DNA of 20,000 bases from an uncultured virus (IMG/VR IMGVR_UViG_3300029787_000026). Lineage: Duplodnaviria > Heunggongvirae > Uroviricota > Caudoviricetes > Crassvirales. A model generated the notes under the pieces. That model did no database searches. It saw only the letters and a program-made list of their open reading frames with translations, and had not been told where the DNA came from. Made by a program: the position numbers and the translations under genes. Location of the stretch: IMG/VR virus record IMGVR_UViG_3300029787_000026, one strand, 5' to 3'. Positions 8,441 to 17,831 of the stretch are shown here, piece after piece. Numbering within the stretch: position 1 is the first letter of the stretch; every line of letters begins with the position of its first letter.

Positions 8441-9112
8441 TTATAATTTGTTATTATATAAGTGTAAGTTATGTGCGTGATGATAATACCAACCAGTCGG
8501 TATAGACAGTCTGTCTGCAACCATTTGTTGCAACGATGCAAATTGATATTGGTCATTGCAGAAACCGTACCAGAGATCATTAGAACGCATATAGACAGAC
8601 ATGTTTAACATACCGTCTAGTATCGTAAACTGAACCGCGTAAGTACAAGGTGTATCGTTTCTATACTTTTCATATTCTTTACAGTCATATATACTAATAG
8701 CTGCGTGTCTAGTTTCTGGGTCTTCACGTAGTTTACCTACAACATAATGTATTTGATCATTACGATTCCATTGCCAACCATAGTTAGACATTACATTACC
8801 ATCACTATCAGCCATACGTTCCCATATAGGAGGTACACTACCATAAAGTTCACCTAATTTTTTAACGTTAGGATCACCAGATAAATACCAAGCCCATTCA
8901 GCTGCAGCGTATTTCTGATTCCATTTTCTATATCTAGCTTTTATCTGTTTATCAGAAGGGTCGTGGATATAAAACCCAATATTAAATAAAGCTTTAGTGT
9001 CTTGAAATGCTTGACCTTTATCTTTTATTTTAATATAAAAATAATCGAAAGCTTCACTTGCTGTTTTAAAATTAATTTTTGTATTTGTCATAATAATATT
9101 TAGCGTATTCAC
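8441..9112 (-). CDS. thymidylate-synthase-fold enzyme, dCMP hydroxymethylase/methylase-like
   Basis: DTPCT catalytic Cys, MRSNDLWYGFCND, NLHLY; Asp at the substrate-specificity position as in T4 gp42. True start may be the second Met. Confidence 0.85.
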   Translation of the reverse strand: MNTLNIIMTNTKINFKTASEAFDYFYIKIKDKGQAFQDTKALFNIGFYIHDPSDKQIKARYRKWNQKYAAAEWAWYLSGDPNVKKLGELYGSVPPIWERMADSDGNVMSNYGWQWNRNDQIHYVVGKLREDPETRHAAISIYDCKEYEKYRNDTPCTYAVQFTILDGMLNMSVYMRSNDLWYGFCNDQYQFASLQQMVADRLSIPTGWYYHHAHNLHLYNNKL

Positions 9113-9311
9113 ATTGCTTTTGCCATATCTCTACAGGGCCAAAAGCTTCACTTGTTCCTAATAATTTTCTGTTAGGGTATATACCTGTCTCAATATCTAA
9201 AACCCATTTGCCTTCTCCCCATTTAATTTGTCTAGGAGATATACAAACGTTGTTAGCTATACACCAGTATAAAGCTTCATCTTCTTCATTGCTTCTTTGA
9301 TATGTACCCAT
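9072..9311 (-). CDS. hypothetical protein
   Basis: ORF track 9072..9350; the internal ATG at 9311 (MGTYQR) avoids overlap with the helicase. Confidence 0.6.
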   Translation of the reverse strand: MGTYQRSNEEDEALYWCIANNVCISPRQIKWGEGKWVLDIETGIYPNRKLLGTSEAFGPVEIWQKQCEYAKYYYDKYKN

Positions 9312-9324
9312 GGTACTTTTTTGT

Positions 9325-11066
9325 TTATTCCCACGGAAGGCTGCTGTCATCTGACACTGTATTTACTTGTGGTACAAATGAACCAGACTTAGGTTCCCAT
9401 GTGAAAAAGCATTCAGCTCCGTTTTCACCAAGGTTTTGAAATTTTACTTTAAGTACTTTGACTTTAGTATTTTTAGCCTCGTAGTCACGATGTACAAGCA
9501 AGCCGTGGTAAGAGGCATCATACCACTCACCGCCACCTTTAATATTGTACATATTTGGTTCTTGCGTTTTTCCATTTTGATCTCTCTGCATTTTTGTTGG
9601 GTGTGCTACAATGAATACTAGAGCGTCATACTTTTTTGCAAACGTCTCTATTTTCATTAAGTAATCCATAGTATAACGATTAACATCGTCAGACGCTGCG
9701 TTAACATCTCTTATTTTATTATATGGATCTATAACAAGGCATTTAATACCTTTACGTTTAACAAGCTCAGCACCTTTACGTAGNNNNNNNNNNGCAGCAC
9801 TGATTCAAGATCGTACTTATCCATGTCTATAAAATAAAAATTATCGTTAACATGATTTGCAACTTGTTTCCATTTATTGCTACCAATATCAGAAACAATA
9901 GGCATATCACCCCATACTTTACGCATTAACTTGTGAGCGTGTAAATATGTCGGCGCGTTTTCAGGACTTGCAAAAGCTGTTTTCCAACCATAGTTATTGT
10001 TATAACCTACAACCATTTGGTCAACAAAATCAGACTTACCGCTACTAGGTATCCCAGTAACAGTAATAAACTGACCGGTATACGTTGAAAAAATTTCGTC
10101 AAAGTTGTTGAGGCCGATTTGATAACCCGGTTTAAACCCATGTTTAACAAAGTCTGTGACTTCTCCTTCGATGTCTTTAAACGTTGTGACGTTTTCGAGA
10201 GGGTACGGTCTTGCCTTGTTAACACAGTCTTGTAATTTTTGTTTATCATATCTTTGTAAATATTCATTAGCGTCTTTACACTCATCAAAGTCAACAATAT
10301 AACATACTTCAGCACCAAGACGTCTGACCATCTCTTGCTGTAACATTTGGCCTGCTTCATCTTTGTCTATAGCTAGTATTATTTTTTCTTTGTCTTCAAA
10401 ATAATCTATACAATTATCTAAATAATCTAAATTATTATTTCCGAGCGTAGCTCCATTAGGTACTGATATAACATTAGGAACTCCAGCTTCATGAAAAGCT
10501 AGCACGTCCATTTCTCCTTCAGTAATAATACAAGTATCATAACCTACTATACTGTTTATATTGTAAAATACTTTTTCAGCACCTTTATATAATTTAAAAT
10601 TCTTACGACCATCTCTGTATTTAACATTTATAAGTTGATCGCCCATAAAGTATTGAAACTTTATAGTATTCTCGGTCTTGCCGGTTTGAGGCATCCACTC
10701 AGAGCCTTGCCCAACTTTTAAATCAAGCAAAGTCTCTGGTGATATTCCTCTAGTTTCAAACCATTTCAAAACCTTATCATCTAATCCATAAGCTTTGCCT
10801 GGATACTCAGGATCTGGTTGATCAGGTCTAACATAGACTCTTTCACTAGCTCCTTTACGTTGATAAGTATGTAATTGAAAAGACGTGTTACAATTGTGAC
10901 ATGTACCGAGACCACGTTCCCAATCATATGAAGCACATTTAAGCTTCTGATTCTTGGGCTTTCTAGTGTGGGAGCAAAGAGGGCATGTACCCTGCTTTTT
11001 TCCAGTTTCTAGCTTATGTATATTGAACTCGTCAATTACAAAACCATTGATCTCTGTTGTCTGCAT
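9325..11066 (-). CDS. Twinkle/T7 gp4-like DNA primase-helicase, one gene interrupted by a 10-N scaffold gap
   Basis: Zn finger CPLC..CHNC, TOPRIM (ITEGEMD, DKDEAG, KDANE), Walker A TGIPSSGKS. After the Ns (9784-9793) the frame reads LRKGAELVKRKGIKCLVIDPYN into the 9325..9669 ORF (VAHP, SF4 helicase motifs). Confidence 0.9.
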
Positions 11067-11467
11067 TATTTATACTTTTTTAAAATAGTATACATTTCTA
11101 TATTTGTGTCACTGTCCCACATATAATTAATATCTTTATCAAACATAATTAAATAAGGTATTTCAATGTCACAAGGGTTATAATCTATATTTAGTTTTCT
11201 TTTTATGTTTTTAATCCAAACAGAATCTGCTTCGTAACATTTAACAAGTATAGTGTTAAAGTTTTTGTTTATAATTTTATAATACTTTTTAGTATTTAAT
11301 TTATTTACAACATCTTGAGACTTTTGTTCTGTGTTTAAATAAAGATATAGATAATTTTTACTTGGATCTCTGTTACCAAGCGATTGACCAAGCTCATAAG
11401 TTTGAACTTGGCCGTAAGTCGCTAGGCTAACAAACAAACATAAAATTAAACTAAAATGGTAAGTCAT
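11066..11467 (-). CDS. hypothetical protein with signal-peptide-like N-terminus
   Basis: Likely start at ATG 11467 (MTYHFSLILCLFVSLATYG-Q); very AT-rich; stop overlaps the primase ATG. Confidence 0.5.
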   Translation of the reverse strand: MTYHFSLILCLFVSLATYGQVQTYELGQSLGNRDPSKNYLYLYLNTEQKSQDVVNKLNTKKYYKIINKNFNTILVKCYEADSVWIKNIKRKLNIDYNPCDIEIPYLIMFDKDINYMWDSDTNIEMYTILKKYK

Positions 11468-11771
11468 CTGGTTCATTAGAACCACCCGTCTTACCCACGG
11501 GGGCTGCTGTCGCAAACTCCTGTTTAGGAGCAACGCCAACATTGTTGTCATTTGTCCATACTACTTTTACGTTACCAAGGTAAACCTTGTCTGATTTAGC
11601 ATCTCTTTCCTCTTTGGTCTGTTGTACCACAACTGGACCATTGTTTCCGAACTGATCTAACTCATCGTTTAACGTAATAGTAATAGGTAAGTATTTTCCT
11701 TTTTTACCCTCGATAATTTTATCTTTAGGTATTTTAGTAAGGTCAATACTAGTTGCTATTATACTTGCCAT
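11451..11771 (-). CDS. putative single-stranded DNA-binding protein
   Basis: Small beta-rich protein with a flexible tail ending DDLPF, between recombination genes and the primase. Confidence 0.65.
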   Translation of the reverse strand: MASIIATSIDLTKIPKDKIIEGKKGKYLPITITLNDELDQFGNNGPVVVQQTKEERDAKSDKVYLGNVKVVWTNDNNVGVAPKQEFATAAPVGKTGGSNEPDDLPF

Positions 11772-11772
11772 A

Positions 11773-11952
11773 CTATGCGTATTGATTTATTTGATTAAAC
11801 ATTCTAGCTAACTGATCTTTAGTCGCGTTAGTAGTTCTCCTTAAGTTGTCTACAGCTTTAACATGATTTTGATTAGTGTAAAAATTGTTTACATTAGTTT
11901 CTAATCCTGTTACGCTGCATACTTTTAACTGTGGTTTTCTTGTTCTTGCCAT
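11773..11952 (-). CDS. hypothetical protein (59 aa)
   Basis: Hand translation MARTRKPQLKVCSVTGLETNVNNFYTNQNHVKAVDNLRRTTNATKDQLARMFNQINQYA; fills the intergenic gap. Confidence 0.6.
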   Translation of the reverse strand: MARTRKPQLKVCSVTGLETNVNNFYTNQNHVKAVDNLRRTTNATKDQLARMFNQINQYA

Positions 11953-11961
11953 ATTATTAAA

Positions 11962-12687
11962 TTAAAGGGTTTTACTTATAAAATACTGTGAAGCATCAAA
12001 GTCTTTTGTTTTGTAAAATAAATTATACGCTTCACTTGCTCTTATAACTTTATCGTGACCGGAGCTTATAAACTCTGGTGAGCAATCGAATAATCCTATT
12101 TGTTGATTGTTTTTATCTATAACAATAAATATTAATTCATAGCCAAATAGGGAACTATAAATATAAGCTTGTGAGTCGTAATTATATTTGTAAGCAGATC
12201 TTTTAAATGAATTTAAATCGTTAGTTGTTTTTAAATCAATTACTAACTTTTCATTGTGATTAACTATATCTGCTTTACCTTTCCACATATTGTCTTCAAG
12301 CTTTCCTATCGCTGGTTTTTCATACTCAATATTATCACCTTGTATAAGGTCTCTACATATAGTATTACTCAGCATTTTATCTGATAGTTTTTCTATCATA
12401 TCTACCTCATGTTGTAGTAGGCATAATTCACCACCAGATATCTCTTTATAAACCTTCGTATTTCTAGTTGATGAAGGTATCACCTTGTATTTCTTAAGCT
12501 TATGTGGCTCAAGTATAGCAGTGTGAAAATATCCACCAACTAAAAACGCTGCTGAAGGTTTGCTAGGTTGCCCTAGCGCTAAAGGATTTTTAAGTAACGT
12601 ACTAATGTCGCTATTACTAAGATACTTTTTACCAAAGTCTCCATAGTAATGCTCGTCATTACGTAGTTTTTCTATTATTTTATCCAT
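11962..12687 (-). CDS. PD-(D/E)XK exonuclease, RecE/ExoVIII-like (DUF3799 type)
   Basis: LSNSDI, GGYFHTAILEP, KGKADIV, IDLKTT, YDSQAYIY motifs. Confidence 0.8.
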   Translation of the reverse strand: MDKIIEKLRNDEHYYGDFGKKYLSNSDISTLLKNPLALGQPSKPSAAFLVGGYFHTAILEPHKLKKYKVIPSSTRNTKVYKEISGGELCLLQHEVDMIEKLSDKMLSNTICRDLIQGDNIEYEKPAIGKLEDNMWKGKADIVNHNEKLVIDLKTTNDLNSFKRSAYKYNYDSQAYIYSSLFGYELIFIVIDKNNQQIGLFDCSPEFISSGHDKVIRASEAYNLFYKTKDFDASQYFISKTL

Positions 12688-13198
12688 TTAGTGTTTTTAA
12701 TTCTTGCTCTTGCAATGACGTGAGCTTATACTTTTTCTTTATAGCGTCAATAGTACCTCCTGATTTAATATAGCTTTTAGCTTTGTTAATATCAGTTAGT
12801 TTATCTTTACCATGAGTATTAGTTGCATCACTGTCTTGTGTATCATCGATTAAGAACAAATTACCTAACGCATATTTTTTTCCATAACTAGAAGCTGTAC
12901 CGAACTGTTGAGGCACTTGCATACCTTTTTGATTAAGATCAACACCTACTATAGCCGTAGCATTAATAGTATGTTCACCATCACAAATAGTTGCTGTTGT
13001 CTCAATGATAGGCATAGGGCTTGTTTCAAGTAGTTTTTCACCAATTGTAACATACACACCTAACTCCTTTTCAAAGGGTTTAATAGCTTCGAGAATGTCT
13101 TCGGCACTGCGAAAGTAATATTTGCCGAATGAATTAAATCTAGATTTTTTAGATTTAAACTTTGTCTGAATGACGGTTAGTTTTTCGTTTATATTCAT
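12680..13198 (-). CDS. ERF-family ssDNA-annealing protein
   Basis: NSFGKYYFRSAEDI and QQFGTASSYGKKYALGNLFLI..DSD (ERF GxxxSYxxRY-like motif); adjacent exonuclease. Confidence 0.8.
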   Translation of the reverse strand: MNINEKLTVIQTKFKSKKSRFNSFGKYYFRSAEDILEAIKPFEKELGVYVTIGEKLLETSPMPIIETTATICDGEHTINATAIVGVDLNQKGMQVPQQFGTASSYGKKYALGNLFLIDDTQDSDATNTHGKDKLTDINKAKSYIKSGGTIDAIKKKYKLTSLQEQELKTLNG

Positions 13199-13260
13199 AA
13201 TTCTAGGTATTTGGTATACTTATATAATTACACATAAATATACTGTTTTACATTTATAAC

Positions 13261-14016
13261 TTACAGATAGTCAAGCACTTGCGAGTGGTCGACCTCTTCA
13301 ATCAGCTTGTTTATAGCATCTTTTTTTAGCTCTGAAACGCGCACATAATTGCTTGTTCCATTGATATTTAATTTTGCTGCAATTTCTTTAGCTGAGTGTT
13401 TATCACAGTCTAAACCATAACTTAATCTTAGTACTTCGTATTGTACGTGGTTTAAATGTTTCTTCAACAAACTTTTTAAGTATATGTTTAGAAAAGCAAC
13501 GTTGTAAGGTTCTGACTTATCAGGAAGTTGTTGAACCATAGATTCACCTTCCTCATTCAATGGTTGAGCATCGATAGATAAAAATATACTATTAAAAAAC
13601 ATTTCAACCATTTTTTTATCTTTAGGATTTTTACGTATTTCATTCATTTTATGTTCTGGTATACGCATATTACCTCTATGTCGATCAATTCGTCTACGAA
13701 TAGCCCCTTTGATACGTTTACTAAAAAATGATTTAAGAGTTTTTTCAATATCTTCAGAGTCAGTTAATTTATCCCACTCTAGTTTATCTACAGCTCTTGT
13801 TAAAGCTTCATTACCTATTTGCAATAGATCTAGTATACTTAGTATACCTGAAGCTTGGTCTCCGGTTGAAAATTTTCTAGCCAAGTTTTCTACCAATGGC
13901 ATAAACTTAACTATCATCTCATCACGGGTGTAATAATCATAAAATTTTTCTTTAGGCATTGAAACTTTTAAATCTTCTTTATACCTAATGTAGTTTTGTA
14001 TATTATATTTCCTCAT
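13261..14016 (-). CDS. phage-encoded sigma-70 family RNA polymerase sigma factor
   Basis: Region 2 (LVENLARKF, DLLQIGNEALTRAVDK, RIKGAI..MRIPEH) and region 4 HTH (VLRLSYGL..SAKEIAAKLNI..RVSELKKDAINKL). Confidence 0.85.
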   Translation of the reverse strand: MRKYNIQNYIRYKEDLKVSMPKEKFYDYYTRDEMIVKFMPLVENLARKFSTGDQASGILSILDLLQIGNEALTRAVDKLEWDKLTDSEDIEKTLKSFFSKRIKGAIRRRIDRHRGNMRIPEHKMNEIRKNPKDKKMVEMFFNSIFLSIDAQPLNEEGESMVQQLPDKSEPYNVAFLNIYLKSLLKKHLNHVQYEVLRLSYGLDCDKHSAKEIAAKLNINGTSNYVRVSELKKDAINKLIEEVDHSQVLDYL

Positions 14017-14638
14017 TCATTTCTTGTTTTGCAAGTTTTAATTCATCACACATGTGACGATATATTGTTCTTTGTGATACGTTTAGAATCTCAGCCAACC
14101 ATCTGACTGTTATCTTTTGTTGATCGTAATGTATATCAATCATAGCTTGATATATAGTTTCTTTATCTATACTAGACCTACCTATGAGTTTACCTACAAT
14201 GCTAAGCTTTTCGCTAAGTGTTAGCATGTTGTATGGTTTAAATATAACTTTGCGTAGTTTATTTTTAGGAGGTTCACCACCTGTTTTAAACACATCAATA
14301 ATCATATCGTATAGAACTTTTTTACTAATAAAAAATGTTACAAAACCGTTTTCTTTATCAGCTATAAACTCAAACCATTTTTTTAAATGCTCTAAGTTCC
14401 AAAAAGCTACATTAATACCTTTTTTACAAGGATTTAAATAGTATAATACAAGAAAATGCCATTTAAGTGATTTATATGTAGTAATTTTGGCTTTAGTATT
14501 AAATAGGTGATAACAACCATGCGTGCCATTTTTATAGTATTTATACTGTTTAGTTTCAATGTCAGGTTTATCTATACCATCATAACGATATATAACTCTC
14601 CTATCATTTAACCATTTCATGTTTCTGTTCTGTGACAT
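14003..14638 (-). CDS. DNA-binding protein with C-terminal HTH, possible replication initiator
   Basis: C-terminal ITVRWLAEILNVSQRTIYRHM is an HTH pattern; the initiator role is inference. Confidence 0.6.
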   Translation of the reverse strand: MSQNRNMKWLNDRRVIYRYDGIDKPDIETKQYKYYKNGTHGCYHLFNTKAKITTYKSLKWHFLVLYYLNPCKKGINVAFWNLEHLKKWFEFIADKENGFVTFFISKKVLYDMIIDVFKTGGEPPKNKLRKVIFKPYNMLTLSEKLSIVGKLIGRSSIDKETIYQAMIDIHYDQQKITVRWLAEILNVSQRTIYRHMCDELKLAKQEMNEEI

Positions 14639-14675
14639 TAGCCTATTACTAATTATACTATTAAGGCATTTGTCA
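14633..14675. promoter_or_regulatory. spaced inverted repeat TGACA-N3-GCCT-[19 nt AT-rich]-AGGC-N3-TGTCA
   Basis: Read directly; overlaps the 5' end of the HTH gene. Confidence 0.5.
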
Positions 14676-14856
14676 TGCCTTCTATTAAATTTAATCTTCT
14701 ATTGTATTTTTTAATTAACACTGCTTTATTAGATGCATTAATACCATTTATGGTATCTATAACAATCTCATTGTGTAAATTATTTATATGACTTCTTAGA
14801 AACTCTACGTGTTGTATTTTTCTTTTGCGCCTTTTTAATTTTATCAGCAATTCCAT
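14653..14856 (-). CDS. hypothetical basic protein
   Basis: ORF track; operon orientation. Confidence 0.5.
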   Translation of the reverse strand: MELLIKLKRRKRKIQHVEFLRSHINNLHNEIVIDTINGINASNKAVLIKKYNRRLNLIEGMTNALIV

Positions 14857-14891
14857 AAAAATTTGTTTTAATTAAGTGTTGTACTAGTTTT

Positions 14892-15356
14892 TTACTCATA
14901 TATTTTTTCTTTTTTAATATTAGCTATGTGGCTTTTGTCGCCAACATAATAGTTCCAATAAGCCGTTATACTATCACCTACAACCTTATACTCATCGGGC
15001 ATAGCTTGTGGTGGTTGTTTAAATTCTTGATTACAAGGTATTAACGGAGGTAAAAACATTAATGGTATTTTACATTTAGTTATTGTTAAATGAGTTTTAC
15101 CATATCGTTTTGTATACTCCTCACCTAAAGCAATCATATGATTGTATAACCACATATATTGTTTACTGTTTTGTCTACACCATATAGTTGATGGGTGATT
15201 TAGATGAGCCGTTTTATAAGGTACATCTTCATTACCGTAATATCTATGCGCAGTACAAAGCATCTGGGCTGATTCTAAGATCATTTTAACCACATGCTTA
15301 TTGTATTGCATCTCTGCAGCTTTTACAGGATCCTCATGTAAATAAAATATATTCAT
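14892..15356 (-). CDS. pyrimidine-dimer DNA glycosylase / DenV-like family protein
   Basis: MNIFYL..KHVVKMILESAQML..H.NHPSTIW..EY..RYGK.H..PQAMPDEYK pattern. Confidence 0.7.
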   Translation of the reverse strand: MNIFYLHEDPVKAAEMQYNKHVVKMILESAQMLCTAHRYYGNEDVPYKTAHLNHPSTIWCRQNSKQYMWLYNHMIALGEEYTKRYGKTHLTITKCKIPLMFLPPLIPCNQEFKQPPQAMPDEYKVVGDSITAYWNYYVGDKSHIANIKKEKIYE

Positions 15357-15517
15357 TCATTCCATCGTTTTAGTATATTCCATACAATAAAAGCGTTAGC
15401 AATTATAGCTTGTAATATAATTAAAGTTCTAAAAAATGCTACTTTATCTGCATCTTTATTACTTTCTCCTACTTTTTCACCAAGAGCTCTTGCCCAGTGT
15501 CTCCATAGTTTTTTCAT
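15353..15517 (-). CDS. small membrane protein (54 aa)
   Basis: Hand translation MKKLWRHWARALGEKVGESNKDADKVAFFRTLIILQAIIANAFIVWNILKRWNE; ATGA overlaps at both ends. Confidence 0.65.
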   Translation of the reverse strand: MKKLWRHWARALGEKVGESNKDADKVAFFRTLIILQAIIANAFIVWNILKRWNE

Positions 15518-15624
15518 TTATATCTTTTATTTTGTAATCTATTATAATGAGCATCTAACAAGATGTGAGCAACTTCTTCGCTGATCATATTATCATTATA
15601 TAATTTCCATATTACTTTACTCAT
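15514..15624 (-). CDS. hypothetical protein (36 aa)
   Basis: Hand translation MSKVIWKLYNDNMISEEVAHILLDAHYNRLQNKRYK; ATGA coupling to both neighbours. Confidence 0.55.
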   Translation of the reverse strand: MSKVIWKLYNDNMISEEVAHILLDAHYNRLQNKRYK

Positions 15625-15830
15625 AATCCTGATTTTTGTAAAAAGTAATTATACACTTCTGGTATATGTTTTTTGTAATAAGGTTGGCTATCTTTAACCC
15701 ACTTTTTAAGCTCTACTTTATTAGTGAAAGGTTGTCTGTTTATGTGAGTAGCCATATCAAATATAGGTTCTATATCGTCAATGAAGTCACCGACTGTCCA
15801 ACCTTCCCATATATGTTTATCTCTATTCAT
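15621..15830 (-). CDS. hypothetical protein
   Basis: Likely start at ATG 15830 (MNRDKHIWEGW), coupled to the ligase stop. Confidence 0.65.
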   Translation of the reverse strand: MNRDKHIWEGWTVGDFIDDIEPIFDMATHINRQPFTNKVELKKWVKDSQPYYKKHIPEVYNYFLQKSGL

Positions 15831-16653
15831 AATTTCTAATACATTTAAATAGCGGGTGTCTGTATGAACCTGCTTTTGTTCTTTGAAAATAAGTAAAGGT
15901 AGCACGCTTGCCAACATAAGAGTCTATTTCACTGAGCATTTTAGCTAAATCCTTGTAGGAATAACCTTTACCCGGCGGACAACCGAACTGTATACCTTCG
16001 TCATCTAGCATAATGAACTTGCCTAACGTGCCTGTCCTTTTACCTTTACCTAATTCATAACCTATAATAGTTGCTTCAGTATCGCTGAAGTCTTTAAATT
16101 TCATTAAGTCGTAAGACCTACCGTGTTTGTACAGACCATCTAGCCTTATGATAGAGCCTTCGTAACCTTGATCAAGGAACTCAGCGTGTATATCTCTAGC
16201 GTAATTGTAACTGTCAACAAGTCTAGCAGGTACATATTTGACCTGAACATCATAAATGTCTGAGTTAACAAGTTGTTGCATACGTGTTTTATAGTTGTCA
16301 TATTTGTCATCTATATAGTCGTACACGTGAAACTGTACAAGATGTTGAGCATCACGCCTGTCATCTGTTGTAGGTTTTTGCTTACGAACTAATGATATAA
16401 TCTTTTCAAAATCGCGTTTTAGCTTGTGGTTGTATAATTCGCCGTCAAGTACTATGTCAGGATGTTTTTTAAAGAACGGTATTAAAGCAAGCTCAATGTG
16501 AGCTAGATTCATAAACTTTTTACCTGTTCTTGAAAAACCACCGTCTTTAGTTAATAGGCATCTGACACCGTCAAGCTTGGGTTGTATATACACAGGTTTA
16601 GACCAGTCAACTCGACCGTCATCAAACTTGTGTGCAAGCATAGGTTTTATCAT
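15823..16653 (-). CDS. ATP-dependent DNA ligase, minimal type
   Basis: PKLDGVR (KxDG), LDGELY, FHVYD, EGSIIR, LMKFK, OB-fold with RHP.F. Confidence 0.93.
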   Translation of the reverse strand: MIKPMLAHKFDDGRVDWSKPVYIQPKLDGVRCLLTKDGGFSRTGKKFMNLAHIELALIPFFKKHPDIVLDGELYNHKLKRDFEKIISLVRKQKPTTDDRRDAQHLVQFHVYDYIDDKYDNYKTRMQQLVNSDIYDVQVKYVPARLVDSYNYARDIHAEFLDQGYEGSIIRLDGLYKHGRSYDLMKFKDFSDTEATIIGYELGKGKRTGTLGKFIMLDDEGIQFGCPPGKGYSYKDLAKMLSEIDSYVGKRATFTYFQRTKAGSYRHPLFKCIRNYE

Positions 16654-16898
16654 AGGTTTTTTAATTTTAATTCAATTTTAGTTATTCTCATTTTCACAAT
16701 AGCACATTTTTCGTACTCTTGTCTGTCTTCTAGCATAGCTAGTTGTGTTTGTAGTCTGGCTAATTCGCCAACTAATATTTCTTCTTGATTTGAAGTAAAG
16801 TTTAATGGGTAAATGTCACCGTATTTATCTATAATACGAGCAAATACTAAATCAGTTAACTGATCTATATAATCATCAAATCTATTTAAATCAAACAT
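16650..16898 (-). CDS. small protein with C-terminal UVR (UvrB/C)-like motif
   Basis: EDRQEYEKCAIVK; likely start at ATG 16898 (MFDLNR), just downstream of motif copy 1. Confidence 0.55.
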   Translation of the reverse strand: MFDLNRFDDYIDQLTDLVFARIIDKYGDIYPLNFTSNQEEILVGELARLQTQLAMLEDRQEYEKCAIVKMRITKIELKLKNL

Positions 16899-16903
16899 TT
16901 CAT

Positions 16904-16939
16904 TATTATTATCCAAATTCATTTATATTTTGTCTGTAA
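16904..16939 (-). promoter_or_regulatory. putative phage promoter, copy 1 (TTACAGACAAAAT-N10-TTGGATAATAATA)
   Basis: One of three copies with the same 10-nt spacer. Confidence 0.7.
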
Positions 16940-17429
16940 ATAAGCTAACCAATTTATTAGCGTAATATAAACCATCTTTTTTATCTGCTTGATTCCACCT
17001 GGTTTCACCATTAGAAAAATCAGTGTATTCCATATCGTTCATATACTTAGATATAATTTTTTCTGGTTTTAGTACAAACACATTGTAGCTATTGTAATTA
17101 TCCCAACAGCTAACCCATCTATCTTGTTTACCTGACCATATAATATAAGTATAATGATGGTCAATATGCATTGGATCAGCGTATAGATAGCAGCTGTCAT
17201 AGTACATATCATGAACTAATTTAGCAGCTAACCTGCTACCGTCTTGACTAGGATTAGTATGTAGCCAATTAGCTATCTGCACACCTTGCCACTCAGGGTA
17301 ACCATCGTGGTGTAAATACATGTTTACATAGCTTTTGTCACTGAAAACAACAGGGTTTTCTGCAAAACCAAGCTCTGATTCTTCAGCGTGTTTACGGTCT
17401 ACGACCATAGTTAAATTTCTAGTTGCCAT
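16923..17429 (-). CDS. conserved-looking phage hypothetical protein (MATR...YxHxDGYP type)
   Basis: MATRN..MYLHHDGYPE pattern; function unknown. Confidence 0.7.
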   Translation of the reverse strand: MATRNLTMVVDRKHAEESELGFAENPVVFSDKSYVNMYLHHDGYPEWQGVQIANWLHTNPSQDGSRLAAKLVHDMYYDSCYLYADPMHIDHHYTYIIWSGKQDRWVSCWDNYNSYNVFVLKPEKIISKYMNDMEYTDFSNGETRWNQADKKDGLYYANKLVSLFTDKI

Positions 17430-17625
17430 TTTCTTTTGATTTTTGTTCGTTATAATCTACAAAGAAGCCTATTGCCACTATAACGTGTAGCAATAAACTC
17501 GAAATAATTTCATATAAATCATGAAAAGAGTGTACAGATAAATGAATATGCCCCACCATCCAAAAAGGTATGGCAAGGTTTTGACTTATCCATATTACAG
17601 TATATTTTAAAAAATTATTCTTCAT
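17419..17625 (-). CDS. small two-TM membrane protein
   Basis: Two hydrophobic segments; overlaps neighbours in operon. Confidence 0.6.
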   Translation of the reverse strand: MKNNFLKYTVIWISQNLAIPFWMVGHIHLSVHSFHDLYEIISSLLLHVIVAIGFFVDYNEQKSKENGN

Positions 17626-17812
17626 AATTTTCTAGTATTCCTTCAATTTCAGGTTCTAGGTTAGTAATTTCTTTTGCTAGATCTAAAAAGTGAGAAAGAG
17701 CGTTGACTTCATAGCTACTAAGCTCATCTGTTTCTCGATCTTCGATCGCGTTTATGCAATCTCTCATGTCTGTGACGGTGTTTTCAAACCGACAGTAACT
17801 CATATTTGGCAT
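17615..17812 (-). CDS. hypothetical protein (MPNMSYCRFENT type)
   Basis: ORF track; acidic small early protein. Confidence 0.65.
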   Translation of the reverse strand: MPNMSYCRFENTVTDMRDCINAIEDRETDELSSYEVNALSHFLDLAKEITNLEPEIEGILENYEE

Positions 17813-17831
17813 AATTTATATTTAAAGTTAG

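Noticed and set aside
9729..9797. Apparent frameshift or split of the primase-helicase
   Set aside because: It coincides with a 10-N gap. The flanks read ..GTG CTG C and CTA CGT AAA, apparently the same Leu-Arg codons with a synonymous difference, so it is an assembly artefact rather than recoding or a pseudogene.
13199..13260. AT-rich gap upstream of ERF as a second promoter class
   Set aside because: Plausible location, but single copy with no match to the triplicated motif or to a consensus I can support.
2377..16788. Other nested ORFs (2377..2562, 3721..4011, 3725..4219, 4316..4678, 5479..5775, 5609..5851, 6816..7031, 8074..8268, 9436..9621, 10007..10360, 13709..13933, 14184..14441, 16582..16788)
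   Set aside because: They lie within or antisense to well-supported genes and show no recognisable motifs.
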